Assembly: GCA_965215885.1 (NCBI GenBank)
Contig: CBDCEW010000080.1
Span: 21,820 to 85,819 of the forward strand
Direction: 5' to 3'
Source of the DNA: Candidatus Moanibacter sp.
GTDB lineage: Bacteria > Verrucomicrobiota > Verrucomicrobiia > Opitutales > UBA2987
DNA length: 64,000 bases
In this document: positions 58,155 through 64,000 of the stretch, one piece after another
How positions within the stretch are numbered: position 1 is the first letter of the stretch
How the letters are laid out: each line of letters starts with the position of its first letter
The notes under the pieces: generated by a model
Told to the model about the DNA's origin: nothing
Databases searched by the model: none
What the model saw: only the letters and a program-made list of their open reading frames with translations
Program-made: the position numbers and the translations under genes

Positions 58155-58847
58155 ATGAGTACAATGCTGGAAAAGCATCTCCCCCTGGTGAAGGTAATTG
58201 TGGCCAGGATTAGACCAACTTTGCCCACCTGTGCCGATCTTGAAGAGCTGCACAGCGCTGGGGTGGTGGGTCTCATATCGGCTATTGATAGGTATGACCC
58301 GTCGCGTGGTTACTGTTTTGAAACGTATGCTTCCATTCGAGTGCGGGGTTCGATTCTCGACGAGTTGCGCAAACTAGACCTCATGCCACGTTCCGCTCGC
58401 AGCAAATACCGTAAACTGAATCGTGTCGTGGAGAGCCTGGAGCAGAAACTAGGGCGGTCGCCGTCGGATCGGGAAATCTGTGATGAGCTGAATATGAGTA
58501 TGGGCAGGTATCTGAAGCTTAGGGCGGATGCGCAACCATTGAATCTCCTCTTCCTCGATCGAAACCAGAATATGGAGGTGTTGAATCAGCACGACATGGT
58601 TCCGGACGAACGCCAGATACCCTGTTTTGAGAAATTGGAGAGGGAGGAGCTTACGGATCTCGTAAAGGAGAAAATTGAAGATTTACCGCGGCGCCAACGT
58701 CTTGTTCTCGCACTTTACTATTATGAAGGAATGCGGTTGGCCGAGATCGGAGAGATCTTGGGTGTTAGTGAAGCTCGCATTTCTCAGATACGCGCACAGG
58801 CCCTCAAGACTCTGCGTCTCTATGTGAATCGAATGGTCAATTATTAG
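58155..58847 (+). CDS. fliA: FliA/WhiG sigma28 factor
   Basis: GVVGLISAIDRYDPSRG..FETYASIRVRGSILDELRKLD..PRS; region 4 LGVSEARISQIR; start may be 58059. Confidence 0.9.
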   Translation: MSTMLEKHLPLVKVIVARIRPTLPTCADLEELHSAGVVGLISAIDRYDPSRGYCFETYASIRVRGSILDELRKLDLMPRSARSKYRKLNRVVESLEQKLGRSPSDREICDELNMSMGRYLKLRADAQPLNLLFLDRNQNMEVLNQHDMVPDERQIPCFEKLEREELTDLVKEKIEDLPRRQRLVLALYYYEGMRLAEIGEILGVSEARISQIRAQALKTLRLYVNRMVNY

Positions 58848-58982
58848 CCCGCATTTTTCACCGCCTTGGCGCAAACGGAGTTAAGTAGATAGTGAAGAAT
58901 TGGTTGCGAATTTGAGAAGAAAACAAGCATGTGTTCACTCGAGTTTGCGCCAAAGCTTACATCCACAAGCGCGGCGAGGCTG

Positions 58983-61298
58983 CTAGGAGGGGATCAGTTC
59001 GCCGTCTAGTATCTCCCGTACCTTTGTGAGAATGGAATTGAGGGAGAATGGCTTCTTGAGGACGATCGCCTCCAACCCGAGTGAAAATTCGGTATCGAGT
59101 TTATCGTCATATCCCGTCATAAAGAGCACCTTGATCCGCGGGTTGACTTCCAGCAGTTGAGTCGCCAGCTCCCGACCAGACATTCTCGGAAGAACGATAT
59201 CCGAGATAAGAAGCCTGATTTCACGGGCGTATTCGGCGTATTTTTGGAGGACTTCGGCGCCATCGCTTGCGGTATATACTTCGTAACCATGCAATTTGAG
59301 GAGACCTCCAATGCAGTCCGCGAAAGTCTCGTCATCTTCGACAACGAGGACTTTCTCGGTCCCGTTGGAAAAGGAGTTCACTTCTTTCTCACGGTTGGGC
59401 TGAAAGGTCGGCTTTGTAACTGCAGGTAGATAGATTTCAAAACGCGTACCTTCATCCGGCGCGGAAATGACTTCGATGTGTCCACCGGATTGCCTGACAA
59501 TGCCGTATACGGTAGAGAGTCCAAGACCGGTCCCTTTGCCGACCTCTTTGGTGGTGAAGAAAGGATCGAAGATATGCTTTTTGGTTTCATTGTTCATGCC
59601 GCAACCAGTGTCTTCCACGGTGAGCACGACATAGCTGCCTGGGCGGAAACCGGGAAAGTGTGACAGATCGACCTCCTCCATGGTACGGTTGGACACGCGG
59701 ATAACGATCTTCCCGCCATCGGGCATAGCATCCCGCGCGTTGACGCAGAGATTCATGAGAACCTGCTCCATCTGTCCCCGGTCGGCCTTAATAAATTGAA
59801 TGTCCGGTTCGAAAACTGTCTCCAACTCGATATCTTCCCGTATCACACGATGAAGCATACTTTTGATTTCCTCGGTGACAGATGCGAGATCGATATCACT
59901 CTGGGAAGGTGTCTCCCGGCGGCTGAAGGTCATCAGCTTGGAGACAAGATCGGCACCCCGCAGACCGGCCGCCTTAATTTGTTTAACGTATTTCATCGAG
60001 GTTTCGGAGTCGTCCAGCTTAATGGTGAGTAGATCCGAATAGGAGTTGATCACGGAAAGAAGGTTGTTGAAGTCGTGTGCGATACCTCCGGCGAGGCGGC
60101 CCATCGCTTCAATCTTCTGCGAATCTCTGATATTCTCTTCAAGACGACGAATATGTGAAATGTCGCGCATAATAAATACCAGCTGACTGATCTCGCCCTC
60201 AGGATGGCGCACCGCACATATGTTCCATTCACAGAGTATATCTTCTCCATGTTTGGCGTAGGTTTGCCGTTCCCCGTGATAATCGCGTCCTGTCTCGATC
60301 GTTTCGGCAAGGATGACGTCGAGGGGAAGCTCGTTACTTGCACTGTCGAGTATATTTATCGATTTTCCTATAATTTCCCACTTTACCCAGCCTGTCATTT
60401 TCTCGAAGCGATCGTTTGCGTAACAGACAACGGGCCCCTCGCAGGCTCTGTCGGGACTGACATCCGTGATGAGAACGGAATCGTGAAGGCTTGCCATGGC
60501 CGTGGCCATCATGCGAATGCGGTCTTGTGCCTTGAATTGCTCAGTGATATCGTGAAGGACAATGACATAACCATGAGAAAGGCCGCAGGGTTCGCGTGTT
60601 TCGGATACTGCAACATCAACGAAACGTTGCTCCTCTGAAGGTGAAAGGAGGAGATAGGGTGAACCGTTCCGAATATCCCCCTTTTTTTCGCCTAAGAGGG
60701 CAGCGAGAGGACCGATTTTTTCGTGCGACAGGCGGTTGTGAAGATGGACAATATCATCGACTGGTTTTCCCTCCGCCCGCTCGAATATCGTTTCGGCAAA
60801 TATCTCCGCAATGGGATTCATGTACTGGATAATGCCCCGTTTATCCGTCGCGATGATGGCGTTGGAAATATTGTTGAGGAGATTGGAGAGCCGGTATTCG
60901 CTCTCCTTCAATTTTTGGTCTGCCTGGCTTTTGTAGAGCGCCATCTGAATTGTGACGGCTAACTCCTTCTTTGAGAATGGCTTCAGAAGGAACGCCAAAG
61001 GGGTCGTTTTTTTGGCGCGTTCCACAGTTTTGCTATCCGAATAGCCCGTAAGGTAGACGATGGGAATATCATTGTTTTTCTGAATCTGCCGCGCCGTCTC
61101 GACTCCATCAATGTCGCCCTCGATGCTGATATCCATAAGGATTATATCTGGCAGAGTGCTCAGGGTGAGGGCGATCGCTTCAGCGCCCGATTTCGCTTGG
61201 CCGGCAACGGTATAGCCTTCTGCGACCAACATCTGACGAATTGTAAAGACAGAGCCGGCGTCGTCTTCAACGATGAGCACGTTGATCTTTTCGGTCAT
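58983..61298 (-). CDS. Hybrid sensor histidine kinase (REC-PAS-PAS-HisKA-HATPase-REC)
   Basis: LAGGIAHDFNNLL, NARDAM, FFTTKEVGKGTGLGL, two receiver domains. Confidence 0.93.
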   Translation of the reverse strand: MTEKINVLIVEDDAGSVFTIRQMLVAEGYTVAGQAKSGAEAIALTLSTLPDIILMDISIEGDIDGVETARQIQKNNDIPIVYLTGYSDSKTVERAKKTTPLAFLLKPFSKKELAVTIQMALYKSQADQKLKESEYRLSNLLNNISNAIIATDKRGIIQYMNPIAEIFAETIFERAEGKPVDDIVHLHNRLSHEKIGPLAALLGEKKGDIRNGSPYLLLSPSEEQRFVDVAVSETREPCGLSHGYVIVLHDITEQFKAQDRIRMMATAMASLHDSVLITDVSPDRACEGPVVCYANDRFEKMTGWVKWEIIGKSINILDSASNELPLDVILAETIETGRDYHGERQTYAKHGEDILCEWNICAVRHPEGEISQLVFIMRDISHIRRLEENIRDSQKIEAMGRLAGGIAHDFNNLLSVINSYSDLLTIKLDDSETSMKYVKQIKAAGLRGADLVSKLMTFSRRETPSQSDIDLASVTEEIKSMLHRVIREDIELETVFEPDIQFIKADRGQMEQVLMNLCVNARDAMPDGGKIVIRVSNRTMEEVDLSHFPGFRPGSYVVLTVEDTGCGMNNETKKHIFDPFFTTKEVGKGTGLGLSTVYGIVRQSGGHIEVISAPDEGTRFEIYLPAVTKPTFQPNREKEVNSFSNGTEKVLVVEDDETFADCIGGLLKLHGYEVYTASDGAEVLQKYAEYAREIRLLISDIVLPRMSGRELATQLLEVNPRIKVLFMTGYDDKLDTEFSLGLEAIVLKKPFSLNSILTKVREILDGELIPS

Positions 61299-61629
61299 AG
61301 TCGGGTTTTGTTTCTTTTACTGGGCCACCTGATCGATTACCTGCCATAAAAGTCGGAAATCCTGAGCGAAAGGTAAGGAAATTGTGCGCGAAGGCTTGAT
61401 TCTCGTCTCGGCAAGCCGGGATCGGAATGAAACCGAGTGGATCCTTCGAAAGAGGAATGAAGTCCCACAGTTTCCCAGGTCGCTTAATGCCGTCCAGAAG
61501 TGTCGTAGTATATGAGGAAGTATTCGGCTAAGAGCCTGTCGGCAAAGTCCCACGGACTCCTGGGAGACCATCCGCAATGTCCGACAGGCTCTTAGCTGGC
61601 CAGACTGACCAGAAATCCACGGACCATCC

Positions 61630-62043
61630 ATGAGCAGATTTCATTGGGCCCTGTCAGGAGATTCGTTTCTCGATAACGGGCTTTCGGGTTGGCGCACCCT
61701 CATTGATGCGTTTGCCAGCGAGAGCGCTTCCACTCTCTACATTCCAGGCGGTCTCAGCGAAAGCGAACGGCTCCTTATAGAGAAGGGATGCGGTGCTTGC
61801 GCGCCGCTTCTGCTGGGCAAGGGGTACTCCGGCGGGCTGTGCCATGCTGATAGGCACGATTGTGCAGGCATTATAAGCTTCGCTCCTGCTCGATCGCTTA
61901 CATTTCCCAGTTCATATGGCGGCAAGAGGGTAGCAGCTGTAGGAGGCATGGATCCCTGCGATTGGAGTAGACAGATCGAGGCATCACGGAATTACGGTGT
62001 GGATCTTCTTCTAAGTGAACTACTCCCGGATGAGATAGCTGGG
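61630..62043 (+). pseudogene. Hypothetical ORF apparently interrupted by ISAs1 copy 2
   Basis: The ORF reads into the IS end; no family recognised. Confidence 0.3.
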
Positions 62044-63138
62044 CACGGTATTTTGATTCTCGGAGCATTAGGTGATGATATTGATGGCCTTATGTAAGTT
62101 AAAGACGAAATCATCACAGAGTGCGGGAGTGGATTCAGCGCCCATGGAAGACTTGAGGCTGAGAACCAGTTGCCTGCATGCAGCAAGAATTCTGGCTGCG
62201 TTATGATTACGGATCATACATCGATCTTCATCGAAGAAGCGATCCCTGGGGTAATGATTTTTATTTTCGATCGAGCAATGGTTGCGAATTTTCGAGAGGA
62301 ACTGTTGAGGGCTCAAATCGGCGGGATCGAGACTGCTTACGTAGTAAGAGCGTTCAGAGGAAGGTTCAGCTTTGTTTGGATAATGGAAGGTGCGTTGCAC
62401 ACAGGCGAACTGGCGGGCATGGGGCAGGCCGGCAGAGGGAGCGCTTAGAGAATGGGTTGCTATTTGACGTATTTCGAGTCGCCCATGGTCATTGTCCACG
62501 GTTTGGTGGAGAAAAAGGGGGTGGAGCTGAAGAGATTCTGAGCGTATTGATGCATGTTGGGCTGATTGTCTTTAATTTGAATAACATAGTCAGCACTGAG
62601 TTCTTCGACGACGATGTGGGCAGTTTCTTTTTGATTATGCATGGCGTCGAAGGTGAAGGTGGAGCCGTCCAAAATGGGCATCTTTCGCAAGAGAGTCTGG
62701 GCGGCGGTGATCTCGTTGGATTTATCGGCGGTAGCGACTTGGGCTAAGGTTTGAGCGCTTTGGTGATCGACTGCGGCCACCAGGTGCAGAGCCTTTGATT
62801 CTTCGGTGTTTGTGCCTTTGAGGGTCTTGCCGTCGACGGCAATATCGCGGGGCAAACAGCCGTCTTGTAAGCAGATGAATTCGGTGAGGGTTTTATCGAA
62901 GAGCTCGGCCTTTACGTTTTGCAAGACCCGATAGAAGACATCATAGCAAGGGGCCTTATAGCGGCCTGTTTTGGGGTTTTTCCAGGAGCGTAAGGCGCGC
63001 AATTGGGCTTGATTGAGATGATGGGCCAGGCGCACGATGCCCTTGAGGGTCTGTTTGCCGCACATCGTGCCGAGCACAATCATGCTCAGGACCGTGGCGA
63101 GCCGATATCTAAGGCCCGCTTTACGACGGAAGTCTTCT
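62044..63138 (-). mobile_element. ISAs1 copy 2, interrupted at 63138 by IS4
   Basis: Near-identical to 816-1910; contains ORFs 62068-62499 and 62460-63083. Confidence 0.92.
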
Positions 63139-64000
63139 CAGTACTGTCCGGTTATAAGTCAAACAACTCCAACTGTTTAGGAATGCGGTGTTCATTGAAA
63201 GTGTAATCGGTTTCTGTAAGTAGTTCAGTCATAGGAGTTTTCTCAAATAGGGTGAAGCTGAGAATCTGTAGGATTTTGTGCAAACTGATCTCCAGGCGAA
63301 GGCGTTTGCGGATGATGGCGATGAGCACATAGACGCTGACGGCAATCCAGATTTGAGTCTTCACAGCATTCTCGGAGGTGCCGAAAAAGCTCTTGCTGCG
63401 CAAGTGCTGTTTGATCCATTTGAAGAACAATTCGATCTGCCAGCGTAAACGGTAAATCTGGGTGATGATTATGGCTGGGAGGGCAAACTGGTTGGTGAGA
63501 AACACGAAGCGCTCGGAACTGTCGGGGTCGAGGTAAGTGATACGCCGGAGTCTTTCGGGGTAGGCCTTGGCAGGATAGAAGCTGACCAGGGCAACGGTCT
63601 GGTCCGAACGCAGACCGGTTGATTTGTCGACCTTTTGAGAGTAGAGGCGGCGAAACTGAAAGCCGCGGCGGGCGCGTGTGACGAAGAAAGAACCGCATTG
63701 TGCGATCCGATAGAGGCGCTCGTAATGCAGATAGGCTCGGTCCATTACATAGTAAGCACCGGCCTCGGGGATGATGAGATCCAGAATGTTTACGTCGTGA
63801 ACTTTTCCATCGGTAATCTCGATAAAATAAGGGATAGAGCCTCTGAGATCGAGAAGCGTATGGACCTTCACCGCCCCCTTGTGCTTGCGGAAACGTGCCC
63901 ACGGGAAGAGTGATAGACATAGATCGATCGTGGTGGAGTCCAGAGCGTAGAGCGTATTGTCCAGGTCGATGCCCAGATCCTCGTTTGAATACAAAGGACG
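63139..64000 (-). mobile_element. IS4-family element (partial) with transposase 63152 to >64000
   Basis: End CAGTACTGTCCGG; LDSTTIDL, MDRAY, YRLRWQIELFFKWIKQHL. Confidence 0.9.

Noticed and set aside
1..64000. tRNA or rRNA genes
   Set aside because: The GTTCGA motifs examined belong to attC boxes or coding sequence; no cloverleaf or rRNA signature was recognised by eye

Overview
This 64-kb window is bacterial DNA, probably Verrucomicrobiota/Opitutales. That assignment is an inference from the TonB receptor N-terminus 'IVVLTPFEVTEDEDRGW...TLGATR' and a small Verrucomicrobia-type ORF upstream of cysI. The region is heavily invaded by mobile DNA. 1-23.3 kb: catabolic genes, namely an IS-disrupted mannonate dehydratase, four Gfo/Idh/MocA oxidoreductases, a PhyH dioxygenase, an SDR, two sulfatases, a TonB receptor, YkgJ and a class III aminotransferase. 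Their intergenic spaces hold nested REP, microsatellite and MITE-like elements. 23.9-35.7 kb: an IS4-family element with a large unclassified DDE element (741 aa) nested in its right end, then flgN-like, RRM, cobA, sirC and cysI, an IS66 lacking target duplications, and a truncated second copy of the 741-aa element. 35.7-39.7 kb: crcB/DUF190, vapBC and a gamma-glutamyltransferase. 40.2-47.3 kb: an integron cassette array with no integrase in the window (CALIN). It has about 7 attC sites with matching R boxes and an attI-like site, and is rich in toxin-antitoxin cassettes. One attC is split by a 287-nt ORF-less group IIC-attC intron remnant with a REP inserted in domain 5. A (GAAGGTC)35 tract lies where intI would be expected. 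47.9-61.3 kb: pseudaminic acid genes (pseC, pseG, pseI, pseB), an SprA-like gene, a sigma54 activator with Glu in place of the phospho-Asp, fliA and a hybrid kinase. The window ends in a second ISAs1 interrupted by an IS4. No tRNA, rRNA or CRISPR was recognised. All family assignments come from motif recognition by eye; no database searches were run.
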